From: Halocafeteria seosinensis
Lineage: Eukaryota
DNA: 64,000 nt
Assembly (NCBI GenBank): GCA_001687465.1
Contig: LVLI01000202.1
Span: forward strand, 124,001 to 188,000
Reading direction: 5' to 3'
In this document: one piece after another, positions 50,114-62,500 of the stretch
Numbering within the stretch: the stretch's first letter is position 1
Layout: every line of letters begins with the position of its first letter
Notes under the pieces: model-generated
Seen by the model: the letters and a program-made list of their open reading frames with translations, nothing else
What the model was told of the DNA's origin: nothing
Databases searched by the model: none
Program-made: the position numbers and the translations under genes

Positions 50114-50138
50114 AGCAACAAGCTTAAGCACGGAAACT

Positions 50139-51577
50139 CTATTTCCCGAAGTTCAGTTGTAAGACGCAATTTCCAACGTCGCAATCGGCAATGGTACGAT
50201 CGCCATGATTTTCTCTGGTAAACACTTCACTAGGAGCTCGTCTATCCAGTGAGAAGTTCAGCATACTGCTGTCTATGGGCTCGTTGTCTTTGCCTGAAGA
50301 ACTGCCGGAGGCTACTTCCGGGTATTGCTGTTTCAGGAGTTCCAAAGCAGCCCAATCAAATACGGTTGACATTCTACAACCGAGTGGGAACCTGCAAGTG
50401 ACTGATTTCTTTTGTTGAGAAGAAGCAGGGGCATGAGAGAAATCGATTTTCAGTGTCGTGCTGGTGCCCTCTTTGGGTAATTGTTCCACGTTTCGGCTCA
50501 ACCGGGAGAAAGCACTACCGACAGTCTCCTTGGGAGTGCTATCTTGCATCGGAGCGTCTGCTGGTGAACTATTTCCTTCTGCGGCAAGTGACATAGCCAG
50601 TGCAGCCTGAAGCTCACTGTCTTCTTCGTCCATATTGCCTCCGAACTGCTGTTCGTCACCTCCTGTTACTGCTTGAAGGGCCGAGCGCTCCTGTTCTGAA
50701 TCTTGAAGGCTAGCTTGAATGGCGGCTCTCAATTCTGGATCTTCTACATCTTCCGGTCGGGTAGATCGCTCAGGCTGTGGCTCTGGAGCATTTAAGAGAT
50801 ACTGCAGCGTGTACCAAGTACCAGTTCCGTCAAAATCACTGGTAGACATTGGTGGCGGTAAGGCACCTTGGACCACAAAAATAGAATAGCCTGCAAACGA
50901 ATCAATAATAAATTTGAGTAGTTCTTGACGGGAACAGTGAAGTGGGCAGCTCACCCTCTTGTTTCATTTGTCCCAAAAAGGCAGATAAATAGAACTCTGA
51001 TATCTTCGTTGGCCGCTTTGATAGGCTGTTCAAGTTCCAGTATGTTCCATGTATTTTTCGAATAGCAAACCAGTGTGCTTGCAAATGCAATAGAAACCCT
51101 TCATATTGTGTTGGATCATTCACCACAACATCAATGTTACGTTGGTCCAAATCAATATTGTGACTTCGTCCAATGGCTGCATTGTCTCACACGGTCATCC
51201 TCGTTCAATCAAACTGTTAGCACCTGATGGCACATACCTTCGCGCAGGACAGTGATGGAAAAGTTGCCAGTTTCATCTACATTGGAGGATTGATTCTCCT
51301 GACCTTGTGTATCACTGATCTGGTGCTGCTCCGAGAGCAGTGCGCGCTCTCTATTGTCCAGTTCCTCGGCGATGTTGGCCAAGTCCACCTCAGAGTAGTA
51401 AGGCCCTTGCAGGAGGTTATTCAGTGCATGCACTCCACAAAGATTCCCTTCTTGACGCTCTGTGTATAACCAAAAGACTGCAGTCAGACGCTACTTCAAC
51501 CATTCCACCCAAAAACTTCAGTACGTACCATGGTAAATGAAAGCCTGCGGCTCCTCCGTTGCGAAATTCGATGCCAT
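50139..51577 (-). CDS. ATXN3: Ataxin-3-like Josephin deubiquitinase with two UIMs and a UBX-like C-terminal domain
   Basis: FIYH|ERQEGNLCGVHALNNLLQG (Cys); HWFAIRK (His); YWNLNS (Asn); GYSIFVVQG; UIMs EDPELRAAIQASL and EDSELQAALAMSL. Confidence 0.92.
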
Positions 51578-51878
51578 TTTGCTAAGGGACACAAGATAAT
51601 GGAGAATATATAAAAGAGAATGACAACACTTGAAAGAGATTCAATGGTCACAATGATCAATCCATAAACAATCTCCATTGTACTTCCAGTTTAACCCAAA
51701 GTTAACTTCCTCAATAAGTTGAATGTCTTGATTTCTATTTGTATAAGGCGAATTCATAACTAATATACCAGTCGGTATACCCACATTAAATATGTTGAAA
51801 GATATTTATTACTCGGAATACGTACTCATGGACATTAGTCTCTATGAGTACGAGAGTACGTATTTCCGCAGAATTCCA

Positions 51879-54800
51879 CTAGAGCCACGTCGTATCTGAT
51901 TCGTCCTGTAAGTTGTACGTCCGTGCAGAGCCGCGACTTTCAGCGTTCTGCTCACTAGAACCTAGAACGTACGACTTTCCTCCAGCATCAGTACTTGCAG
52001 CTATCCCATTACTATTGTCGGGGTGACTGTGACTGGACGACTGGTTATACACTTGGCCTACTTCTGGTCTAGTAGGGCCATCCTGCATGGGACCCATGAG
52101 ATTGGCTTGGGGGTATCCAAAGCCATACGAATTACCGGGATAGTACGGCTGTTGCTGGACTGGCGGAGGGTATCCATACATTTGCGGCATTTGCCATCCA
52201 GCACCTGCATTAGCGGGAGGCATGGGGAAATAAGGAGGGGCCATTCCCATGGGAGGATACTGATGCGGCGGCATAGCCATTGCCCCCATACCCATGTAAG
52301 GCTGTACTGGTCCTTGAAACCCCGAGGTAGCACCATAAGATCCCTGAGGCTGAGACCACGACTGGAGGCTGTTACCCACAGCTTGACCACCAATAGGAGC
52401 TTGGCCAGCTCCCCCGCGGAAATCAACCGTTCCCTGAGAAACCGGGTTCCAGGAAGTGCCACGATGTTGCGAAACCTCAATGCCTGAGTTAGCAGAGGAG
52501 CTACCAGCAACCTGATTACGGTATCTATTACTAGGGTGTTCCGCCTCAGGAATAAAATTATGTTTCTTGGGTGAGGTGGTACCACTCGGGGATTTGCGTC
52601 GCTGAGGAGAGCTCGAAGGACTGCTCCAAAAACTATCGTCTAAATTATCATTCCGTTTGGCGAATTCCTCTAGCATAGAGTCAATAAGTGATTCATTCCA
52701 TGCTTCATCCTCCGTTGGTTCATAACTTTTGTGGAGATCGCCTTTTCTAAACAGCATACTCTCGAGCTCTTGGAGCTTTTTCAGGCGTTGCTGGTTTTTG
52801 TTGTGGATGCTCTTATACCTTTCGTCCTCCACTGAGCTACAAATACTAGAATCCGTAGCTCGACTGGCCACAGAGACGCGTGGGTTACGATTCTCGTGAG
52901 ATGGCACAATCTCCATGTGTGTTGCATCTTGTACAGTAAGTGCATGAGACGAGCTAGCGGCTTGCTCCTGTTTAAGGCTTTCCTTTACCAGCTGGGGCCC
53001 GTAAGGAGACAACTGGTCGAAATCTGTTGGACTTTCCGAACGCTGTTGTACGCTCCTCTGTTGTGCACCTGGCTCCTCGTTCTCTTTTGGTGGGGCTTCA
53101 TCGGCGCCATCATCTGAAAGTGAGTAGGAATACTTAAGTATATCGCTTGCACTTCCTTCGCGGCGTGCGCTGCCATTGGAATCAGTCGCATGTGTTGTCT
53201 TCTCTGTGTTACCAGTACTGGTAACAGGCTCTTGTACTACATCAGTGGGGGCAGTAGAGCTAGACGCACGACCCACAGCGGCATCTTCTTGAGCACTAGA
53301 CGTTGCAAGGGTTTGACTGATTTGACGCATTTTCTCATCTCCCGTTGAGGACTTGGTCCTTCTAGTAGACTGGCTGCCATTGTCCTGCAATTTTGGCGTA
53401 GTTGCATCGCTATTAAACGTCTTGGTTTCCTTATGAGAGACAGCTTCCTTGCCGTCATGATCACCGTCGCTGTCGGACTCGCTCTCCGACCACAACTGTG
53501 CATATAGCTGCTTCTCCGGAACCAGTTCCTCATTAAACCGTTCATCTTCATGTTCCTCCCCATCATTAACTGATTCCACTGGTGTTAGCTCCGCTTGACT
53601 TGCATCTCTAGCTCGTTTTGCGGATTCCTCAGCAATCGAGGATACTGTGTTGTCATCCATTCTCTCCTCATCGTCGTCTTCGTCCTCCACCGAGGAATCA
53701 ACACTTTCGAATATATTTTGGTGCAATAGCTTAGAATGAGTTTCTAAGGACGCAGCGACACTGAAGTCATCATCACCGGTTGGTGATGCAGATTCACCAT
53801 CACCCACAACATATCCCCGATCATGAACGTCAACTCCCATTTGATGAAAGGCCTCCAAGGAACCAGCTGTGAAAAAGTTGCTATCCCCTTGTAGAGAAGT
53901 TTCCATTCTGTTGAGGCTAGGTTTCGTACTATAGGGAGAGTGTACCGTTGCCGGAACAGATACCCCACTATGCGCACCATCAGTGTTCACTGAATTAATA
54001 TTTCCAGGTGCTGGAGGTCGTGCCAAACTGTGCTCATTCCAGAAGTAGCTGCCGGAAAGGGTAGGCGGTGAGTCGTATGGGGATAAAGATGGGGCTGATG
54101 TGGCTGTGGGATGAGATACGTTTCCTTTCTCGTCAATGCCCGACTGTCTCACATTGGGTCTCGTAAGACTCCCTACATTGTCGTTGCTGACGTCTTCGGG
54201 ACCACCGAACAGGTCAGATCTATTTTGTGCGCCCACCGGCAACGCTTCCTCCATCGGGGAATGCTTTACCTCCCAGGTAGACTCTCCCGCGTCTTCCATC
54301 TCACGATGCTGAGGCTTAGCATCACTAGGAGTGGACTTTACACTTTCCTCTTGCGTCGCGTTACTCAAAGGATGCTCAATGGGGGCTTTTCGCCCACCTC
54401 CATCGTCTAACTGCTTTAGCTGCTGTTGGTAACGTTCTTCTTCTCTTCGATCTGCTTCAGCCTCTTTCTCTTTTTCTTTTTGCTCTCTCCTCTTCTTCTC
54501 ATCAATTTGTTGTCGCAGCTCTGCTGCATGGGCCTCTTGCTCTTCCTTCTTTCTTTCTTCCTCCAATTCGCGTTCCTGCTTCCTACGTAGCTCCTCTTGC
54601 TCTTGCTGTACTTTCCTCTCCTCCTTTTCCGATTCTTCCATTTCTTTCTGCTTCCTCAATCGTTCCTCTTCTTTTTTCTCTTCTATCTGTTGTTGCAATA
54701 TTTTCGAAAGCTCAGCCTGTTGTCTCTTTTGTCCTTCCTTTTCACCATCGCTCATGCCAAAATGAACATCCGTGGCATGTCGACTGTGACTATTACATGG

Positions 54801-56909
54801 GTTCCCTATAGTGTTTTCTGACGGTGTCTTATGCTCTGCACTGGGAGCTAAAACGCCTTTGCTGACCTGATTACTTCTCGTCGGGGAGTTGTGTTGCATC
54901 CACTTCCTATACTGTTCTTCAATGGCAGCCTGACGCTGTTGTACTTGCAACTGCCAGGCCCGTTGCTTCTGCTTTTCTTGTTCTCCTAGAGGTAACGCTC
55001 TTTCAGCATGAATGGGGGTTGAATCCCTATTCCTATCTTCCCAGGAACCGCTGTGCGTTTCTCCGTACAAGTCGGCGGGTATTTTCATACCAGCTGCTGT
55101 CGCATACCTCGCGCTTTCATGCTTCTCATATAAATCCGTCGCATTTCCAGGCCAAATGTTGCCATCTTTCAACGTGGAATGTCGATAGTCCGGCATATCC
55201 TTGTCATGTGGCCTTGAGAATTCCCGTTTCCGGTATTCATTCGTGCCTCGTGTTTTCTGTTGAGCTTTGTTGGCTGTTTCCTTCATCCATTGAGTGTAAT
55301 GCTGCTCAACTGCGTGCTGCTTTCTTTGCTGGGCTCTAATCCTCTCCTGTTGGCGCTGGTGCTCTGTGTCGCCAAAGACACCCCTCTGAGAATCGGCTTC
55401 ACTCATCAGGTCGACGGCTTCTTGCTTTCTCCTATTTTCCGCTTGAAGACGGAGAGCCGCATCGTACGCAGTTTGCTGTCGTCTCCGAAGATTGTCCCTC
55501 GCAAGGTTACGTCCTTCACCCTCTTGAAAATAAGACTGCTCGACGTTCCTCGATCGCGTGTCAGGTATCGACTCTCTTTGGTACCGTTGCTTTTCCTCCA
55601 TTTGTTTTAATAGCTCTTGACGGTACTGCTCTTTCTTCTGGTAGTCTGAGTTTTTTCCTTCCGCTTCGCCAATTTGGGACATCAACCCGTTCGATCCCAG
55701 AGGGTTCACCTCTTCGCGATTTTGCTTTACACTCGTGGAAGTCTTATGGAAGCCGGAGGAGTCGTCTTGCTCTCGGTTACCTTGAACGGCATCGGAGCGA
55801 GAGACTTGGCCTTCAAACGTCGTCGGGTTGCTATCCAATTGGTCTTGTTTGTAGGATGGTGGGTGGAACCTCTTCGCTGTTAAAGCATGGCGCTCACGGA
55901 GACGTGAAGCCTCCTTATTAGATTTCTGTTCTGCAATTTGGGCTTCCAATTCCGATCGGTACTCATGCTGTTTCTGTCGCCGGTCGACATTCCGCTTTTG
56001 GCTCGGTAGCATCCAATTCCCTCCCCCTTCAACTTCAGGTTCTTCGTAGTTCTGTCCAGCATTATTCGAAAAAGCCCGCGAAAAGCGCTTCGAGACACGG
56101 TTGTCTTTCTGCTCACTGGTACTCTGCTCGACAACCGGGTCATCATAGAGCGACGGGGGTATGCCACGAACACGCCGCTCCTGCACCGCATTAGACGAGT
56201 TTTGCCGTAAAGCTTGCTCCTGCGTTGGAGGATCGTGATATTCCTTTGGAGCGGCACTGTAATGGCCTGGATCACGTCTATTGGCCCATCGGTCGTCTCG
56301 AACGTATTCATCTAGAGAATCAGCCCGGGCCTCCCTTCCATGAGTAGACGACAGAGCTTGGCCCTGATCGTACACCCTTTCATCACCATTGCCTGATCGA
56401 CGACCATCGTCTGGGGAATGATGGCCTTTCGTTGGCTTATGAGCCAACATATTTTGATCCTCATGATCCCATCGAGCTGCTTCAGCTGTGGGTGCTGGTG
56501 GCTGGCTCTCCTTTCTCCTTTCATGACTGGATCGGCTATTCCGCTGTATTTGATGGGGACTTGCTGCGCGGTTATCTAGGTAACTATTCTTCTCCCCTAC
56601 AGAGGAATGAGCCCGATATTCGCCTTGGAATGATGAATAGTCCCGACCGTTAGCCGCAGGTGCTACGGGGTGACTGGAAGTTATAGCCATAGCAGGTCCA
56701 TTCAATGACTGTCTGGCTGCATCCACGAGTCTCCCTCGATATTGTTGCTCTTTTTCCTTCTGCTGTGAGAAAATATTTTTCCTATTGGGATCCGGCCTCA
56801 TAAAATTCCCTGAGGGCCTTTGTTTGGAATTGGAATTCGGGAAGATGGAGTGCCCACGGCCTCCTCCAGTGGGGGGTGGCCCTCCAAACAGCATATCCCT
56901 GTTCGCCAT
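51879..56909 (-). CDS. Large intronless disordered/coiled-coil protein, CSPP1/CCDC66-like (centrosome/cilium)
   Basis: 1676-codon ORF with recurring YRxELxxQ(I/M)xE motifs and LQQQIEEKKEEERLRKQKEMEESEKEERKV, resembling the CCDC66/CSPP1 coiled coil. Pro/Met/Tyr-rich C-terminus. Confidence 0.6.
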   Translation of the reverse strand: MANRDMLFGGPPPTGGGRGHSIFPNSNSKQRPSGNFMRPDPNRKNIFSQQKEKEQQYRGRLVDAARQSLNGPAMAITSSHPVAPAANGRDYSSFQGEYRAHSSVGEKNSYLDNRAASPHQIQRNSRSSHERRKESQPPAPTAEAARWDHEDQNMLAHKPTKGHHSPDDGRRSGNGDERVYDQGQALSSTHGREARADSLDEYVRDDRWANRRDPGHYSAAPKEYHDPPTQEQALRQNSSNAVQERRVRGIPPSLYDDPVVEQSTSEQKDNRVSKRFSRAFSNNAGQNYEEPEVEGGGNWMLPSQKRNVDRRQKQHEYRSELEAQIAEQKSNKEASRLRERHALTAKRFHPPSYKQDQLDSNPTTFEGQVSRSDAVQGNREQDDSSGFHKTSTSVKQNREEVNPLGSNGLMSQIGEAEGKNSDYQKKEQYRQELLKQMEEKQRYQRESIPDTRSRNVEQSYFQEGEGRNLARDNLRRRQQTAYDAALRLQAENRRKQEAVDLMSEADSQRGVFGDTEHQRQQERIRAQQRKQHAVEQHYTQWMKETANKAQQKTRGTNEYRKREFSRPHDKDMPDYRHSTLKDGNIWPGNATDLYEKHESARYATAAGMKIPADLYGETHSGSWEDRNRDSTPIHAERALPLGEQEKQKQRAWQLQVQQRQAAIEEQYRKWMQHNSPTRSNQVSKGVLAPSAEHKTPSENTIGNPCNSHSRHATDVHFGMSDGEKEGQKRQQAELSKILQQQIEEKKEEERLRKQKEMEESEKEERKVQQEQEELRRKQERELEEERKKEEQEAHAAELRQQIDEKKRREQKEKEKEAEADRREEERYQQQLKQLDDGGGRKAPIEHPLSNATQEESVKSTPSDAKPQHREMEDAGESTWEVKHSPMEEALPVGAQNRSDLFGGPEDVSNDNVGSLTRPNVRQSGIDEKGNVSHPTATSAPSLSPYDSPPTLSGSYFWNEHSLARPPAPGNINSVNTDGAHSGVSVPATVHSPYSTKPSLNRMETSLQGDSNFFTAGSLEAFHQMGVDVHDRGYVVGDGESASPTGDDDFSVAASLETHSKLLHQNIFESVDSSVEDEDDDEERMDDNTVSSIAEESAKRARDASQAELTPVESVNDGEEHEDERFNEELVPEKQLYAQLWSESESDSDGDHDGKEAVSHKETKTFNSDATTPKLQDNGSQSTRRTKSSTGDEKMRQISQTLATSSAQEDAAVGRASSSTAPTDVVQEPVTSTGNTEKTTHATDSNGSARREGSASDILKYSYSLSDDGADEAPPKENEEPGAQQRSVQQRSESPTDFDQLSPYGPQLVKESLKQEQAASSSHALTVQDATHMEIVPSHENRNPRVSVASRATDSSICSSVEDERYKSIHNKNQQRLKKLQELESMLFRKGDLHKSYEPTEDEAWNESLIDSMLEEFAKRNDNLDDSFWSSPSSSPQRRKSPSGTTSPKKHNFIPEAEHPSNRYRNQVAGSSSANSGIEVSQHRGTSWNPVSQGTVDFRGGAGQAPIGGQAVGNSLQSWSQPQGSYGATSGFQGPVQPYMGMGAMAMPPHQYPPMGMAPPYFPMPPANAGAGWQMPQMYGYPPPVQQQPYYPGNSYGFGYPQANLMGPMQDGPTRPEVGQVYNQSSSHSHPDNSNGIAASTDAGGKSYVLGSSEQNAESRGSARTYNLQDESDTTWL

Positions 56910-57729
56910 AACGCTTTATGGTACATGTTCACGAGCGAATGGGTCCTACTAAAAGCGCACCATCAACCTAATCCTTCCTAATAGGTCTGATAAGCTGTAA
57001 ACTGGCAACTTCAACCTGCGACTTGAAGCCCCGTCCGTCTCACTGACGGTACAATTGTTGTGTCAGAGCCTCATCGTGGCGGTGATTGTTATGGTATGAG
57101 ATCACATGGCCGTGCTGGTAGATGGGGCATGCGAGGGTACAGTGTTCTTTCGTGGGAATGAAGTGACACACCGCTTCCTTCCCACGGAGATGAACACTTA
57201 TCATGGACATTCGAGTGTGTTAATATCTTTGTCCCGGCCATCGTACACTTACGGTGATGGCAAGAATGCCTATGTTAATTCGCTTTGACTGATTGGAATG
57301 CTCTTTCGGGGCATTGTGACCTCTAGCAACTTGGAGTAAGGACATTGGGTAAGTCCAGAGTATTTTGACATGTAAAGTTATTACGTCGCATTGCTCAAAA
57401 TGCCCCCGGCATTATTCAATAAGTCTTGTAATGACGGGAAGGTCAATGCTATATTAACACGGGGAGCTAAGCTACCATCGCGAGATGGTGGTGAAGCTTG
57501 CCCCGGCTCTCATTTGTCTCTTGCCTGGCAAGGAAGGACGGGAAGAAAGTGCGACGAATACTTCGCGGCTTTCCTCTTGGTCATCCTCCGATGAGTCGAG
57601 CCCGTGTCATTTTGGTTGCCTGCTACAAGAGACGCAGTACTTGTGGTAGTACCATAGGTGCTGCGATAATAAGGAGACATTTATACGGTCATTTGTTTCA
57701 CTTAGACGCTTCTTCGACGTTTTGCAGGC

Positions 57730-59072
57730 TCAAGAGTTCTCGATATCGGAAGACGGGTTACCGATGTGCTTTTCCATCACCTCACCCACGCCGCGATGTA
57801 CACTATTTATTCCGAACATTGTATCTTCGGCATACCATTTCTCCCGAAGCTCTCCTAAACTGGCCAATAATTCCAGGACAAGTATGATAACAATTATTGT
57901 CTCGAGTTTGTGTTCATGCTTGTTGGCTTTGCGTTCCAAAATGAACTTCAGAATATTTTCTATATATTCTAATTGAGCATTTAGATCTTCCCATCGTTCT
58001 CGCAGTGCAAATTCATCCATCAAGAGTTGCTCAAATCGGTCTGTAGAAGAGCAACAAGCAGTAAATGGTGTTATGTCCAAATTAAAAAGCAAATTCAAGC
58101 AGCTTACAATATTTTTCTTCCTTCCATGCAGGGGAATGCCTCCTACCCATAGTACTTGACCAAACCACATTACGCACCCTGTTGTTGGAGCCCAGCAACT
58201 TAGTCAAAGTGGGCTTTCGTATGCTGTCAAACTGTTCTCGACTGATTGCATCGTTGAGGCGTGACATTTCTCCGTGCTGAGATTCTACTAATTCTTCATA
58301 GTACTGTAACACGACGCTTTGGCTCATCGCAGCAGCAATGAGCTTAACATTGTTTAGGTCCATCCGCTTTACGATTAAACTTCCCTCACCATCTCCGCGG
58401 TAGCACCAAGTCTCATTGTCGATGTTGTTATTTATCTTGAATGTGGCATCTGTGGTTCAGTATGCAGAAGTCAAATCGGCTATACGGTATTGCTTCCAGT
58501 TGTTACTACTTACAGTCCATCGCACTCTTTTTTCCACCGGGAAGCTGAGCAGCAATGTTCTGAGAAGGATCGTTGATATGCTTCAGGATATCCAAGGCGT
58601 TCTGAAACGATATATTGATTAGGACAACAGGACCTTGCTTGGACACAACCACATGACTCGCCTGTCTCGGAAAAGGCTTTTGGTTTGGTTGGGAAGGCTG
58701 AATAGGTTGCTCCTTTGGCCTCAATGAAAACACCAGCAAGCCGGCATTTTTGTCATCTGTGATATACCATTTCGAGTTCTCCTTCCGCTTCTTAGATTCC
58801 TCGGTAATTCTTCGTGCTAACTGTGCAAGTCGTATGCCCTTCGCCGCATATAGAGACACCACCCGTACTTTTTGACGTATCAGATCTTCTCGGGTCTCTG
58901 TAGAACGTGCTGTCGGCGTAAAGGCTGAGCTTTTCTCCGGTGTTACCGTCGTCGCGAACGACACTCTGTGGTTAAAAATAACTATCCGACTACTTCTTGG
59001 GAAAACTTGTCCGCTACCGAGTAAATTCACCTGTCTTCGGGCCAGAATCCATGCAGGGGAACGACTAAACAT
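57730..59072 (-). CDS. RMND1/Rmd1 (DUF155) family protein, probably mitochondrial
   Basis: Presequence-like N-terminus; AMSQSVVLQYYE; PAWKEEKY; EFALRERWEDLNAQLE; HKLETIIVIILVLE. Confidence 0.85.
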
Positions 59073-59113
59073 CCTGCAGACTTCCTGCCCTCAAGGGCCA
59101 CTCTGATACTGTG

Positions 59114-59118
<5 letters not shown>

Positions 59119-59144
<26 letters not shown>
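59119..59144. repeat. (AG)13 microsatellite
   Basis: Direct reading; lies just upstream of the RMND1-like start. Confidence 0.95.
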
Positions 59145-59145
<1 letters not shown>

Positions 59146-59531
59146 ACGCGTGTCTCAGTTGACAGCCATTCTCCTCATTAAAAATCACACTGGGCTTTTT
59201 GGGCACGTATACTGCAAACAGGGGCTCTCTTTCCACCATGACCATGAAATGCCATGAATACGCACTGCAACTTCAACTTCCCAATCTGAACTCCAACTTT
59301 TGTTTGCTCTCTCGTGCTCGAATTCACTCACCGCGCGTACTACAAGGACAATATTTCCACGATTTTGTCATGTCGCCTATAAGCGGATGATTCACATGGA
59401 GTCACTGACTGTATTTCCATAGATAGACTCCTTTGTGTACGAGACAAGCGACAGACAGAACTGGGATGCGACCTCTGCGAAGAGGGGTTGTTTAACGGTT
59501 AGACTACATTACAGCACCGATACCCGACCAT

Positions 59532-62500
59532 ATGGCGGCACAGGTGACAGATTGGTTGCAATCGGAGCTAGGGGTTTCTCTCCAGAAGCCGGGGAGCAAA
59601 GATGGAGAGGAAACTACTGTTGAGGAAGCCTTCTCCACCGGATACAAATTTGCAGCAACTCTATGCAGCCTAGGAATTATAGATAACGATGAATTCTCGG
59701 AATTCGAGGATAAGAGGTCGTCGGCAGCTCGCATGAGGAATTTCAAGCGGCTGAAAGGTATTCTTCACGAGGAGTTGGGGATATCCCTGTCGGAGCAACA
59801 GAGCATCGATATTATGACGGAACAACGAGGAGCAGCCTTAAGACTACTGTTACAAGTTCGACTGGCTGCTCAACAGCAGCTGGAGGAGAAAAAGGAAATG
59901 TATCAGTCAGGTTCGAAGAAAGCAGCCAAAACCACAAAAAGAGCCTTTGAGATGACAGCGAAAGATCAGACGATGAACATACTTTTCCCAAAGACCATGT
60001 CTTCGGAAACGATGGAACGATTGTCCAAGCCTAGCCGCGCCCAAGCTGAATTCGATCGCCATACGATTCTCAACAAAGCAACTTCTGGGCAACTGCTAAG
60101 TGAAAAAGATGTCATGGAACGAGCAATGCTAAATGACAAGACTTTGAATCAAACGCTTCTTGAACTAAAGCTCCTGCCTTTCGAAAATCAGCATCGCCGG
60201 CTTGCCTCTGCCGCTGGGGAGAAGGCAACAAGGGATGCTGAAAAGGCATCCGGATCGGTAATGGAAGCAAGGAGCAGAGATATACAAACTCAAGAAACTC
60301 GTAAACGTTGGTTGGAAAGCTTTGAGCAAGCCCACTACGATGCCTGGAAGGAGAGTCTGCAGAAAATAAATAATCGCGAACGAGAGATGGTGGATTTAGA
60401 ACTTCGTATTGCGCAGTCCAAAATACAAGCATCAGAGATGCGTAAACTCCAAGATAAGGAAAAGATTGAGGAACAACTAGGAGAATTCAATGAAACATTG
60501 CGTCGGTTAGGTTTGACATCAACTTCTACCGAGGATGCTGCATCATCCGATGCGGATCTCCAAATACATAAACAACATTCTTCGCAAGCCGGAAAACAAT
60601 CGCTGGTCGGATCACGAAACGCCGCAGAGGTTGGCACGCTGAAGAACAAATCTCAATTCCATTCTACGGCAAAGGATGCCGCGTTCAGTGGATTCAAATC
60701 TGACAATTTGTACAGCACTATGGCCACGCCGATGGGGAATGATCTACTGGTTCACCTCTTTTCTCAAAAGTATGGATCAAAAGCGTCCATGAGTGAGGAA
60801 CGTGAAGAAGCCGAAATGGAGAGGAGACAAGAAACCCCGTTCGAGTTTTACGATCGGCTTCACGCCCATGTCAAGGATAATCTCAATGTATCAGAGACAA
60901 AGGTACGGAAAACCCTGTTCGCTTTTTTCCATTCATAGAATTAACGCATGAGAATTTTCCGTCTTGTTTGCTTGCAGCAATTGGAGGATAACTTGCGCGA
61001 AAAAATCAGGTACCGGTTCCGGGCGAAAAGCGAACGAGAGACCCGAAGGCGGCTTAATGCAGCCCGCCAGGAAGCTGAAAACAGACACTTAGAGACCCAA
61101 AGGCAGCACGAAAATATGTGCAACGTGTACTGGGAACAAAGTTCTTCGAAGAGGCCTTTGGCAATAAAGCAATACTACGATAAAGTATATAGAGCGAGGC
61201 ATGAGAAAACGGGCGAGAAGATAAGGGCTGAATCCGAACAGGCTATCAGCCTGCGATTCCAAAGAAACCTGTCTGCGGAAGCCGAGCGTCTAGAAAAAGC
61301 AGGTGACGACCGACCGGAGAAAATCAAGGCGTTGTCTGATCGGAATAAAATGAAACGGGCAGAGAAGAGTACAAGACACTATGACATGTGTAAAGAAATA
61401 GTTCACGATGTAATGGGATGTGTAGACATGGCGATTGATGACACGTCCCTGATGAGTGACTCCGGGGGGTATAGAATTCTCCGGAAGCGCTTCAGTACAG
61501 GCCAGCGATCAATCCAGGGTCAAGGAGAAACCCCTCAAGTTCCCCCCGAGCAAGTAGAGCTATTTTTGAGAGCTTGTAGACACCTGTGTTTTGGTGAAAT
61601 CCTACTGAGCCCGGAAATTGGTGCATTATTGCGTTCTTGTATTGGTTGCACAACGAACGCTTCCGATCTTCTTAACCGAGGGAGTCTTCTTTCTTGTGCT
61701 CCACTAGACTATGACTCCCAACTCCCGGGGCGCTTCGATGAATTTCGGAAATTATATTGCTGCAAAGGAATTCTTTCCTTTCAAATGCAAAGGCGAATTG
61801 TAGAAACCCTAGCCAGTGACGTTATACCACCCCTACAGCTTAGTGGCTGCCAACTGACACTACTCTCTGCTTTCCAACCGAAGAAAGAAGATCCGCTGCG
61901 CTTCGAAGCCTTGGCGCTGCCATGTCCGCGGATATCATTTGGTAAAGGGGTATTTTGTCCCGCTCTTATTGGCCGGAATGATGCAGTGCGGGAGTGCTAT
62001 GCTTTCACTCTGGCCGCTCGCTACGGCGTGGGGTTGGTGAACAAGAAGACGATTGTGTGCATCTCGCTCCTGTCTCTTTCTATAGCTGCCTATATTGATG
62101 AGCTCGTAGCAAAGGGTGATGCTATCGAAACTGAGTTTTCTGAATTGTTGTTCCCGAGCCTGGCTGCCGAGTTAAAACGGCTTGTAACATGTTTTGGTTT
62201 GGGAAAACGGGAAGCAGCAACGGTCCTCGAAGTTGTCTTACGATACTGCAAAGCTGACCTAGAGCTTTTGTCCTCGTATGCTGCGTGCATTATTAAGTTA
62301 AAGGAATGGGAGGACCACCCCTCAAAAGAAACAGCCACTGCTCTTAAGGCGACTGTAAATGAGGCAAAAGAAAGATTACTGGCGAATAGCGACTTCGACT
62401 GCCTCATTGCATGTGGAGTAGTTTTTAAAGCGCTTTCGGGAGACCGACCATGGGTTGGGCGTGGTGTTGGTGACAAATCATGCTTCCACAGATTTGACGA

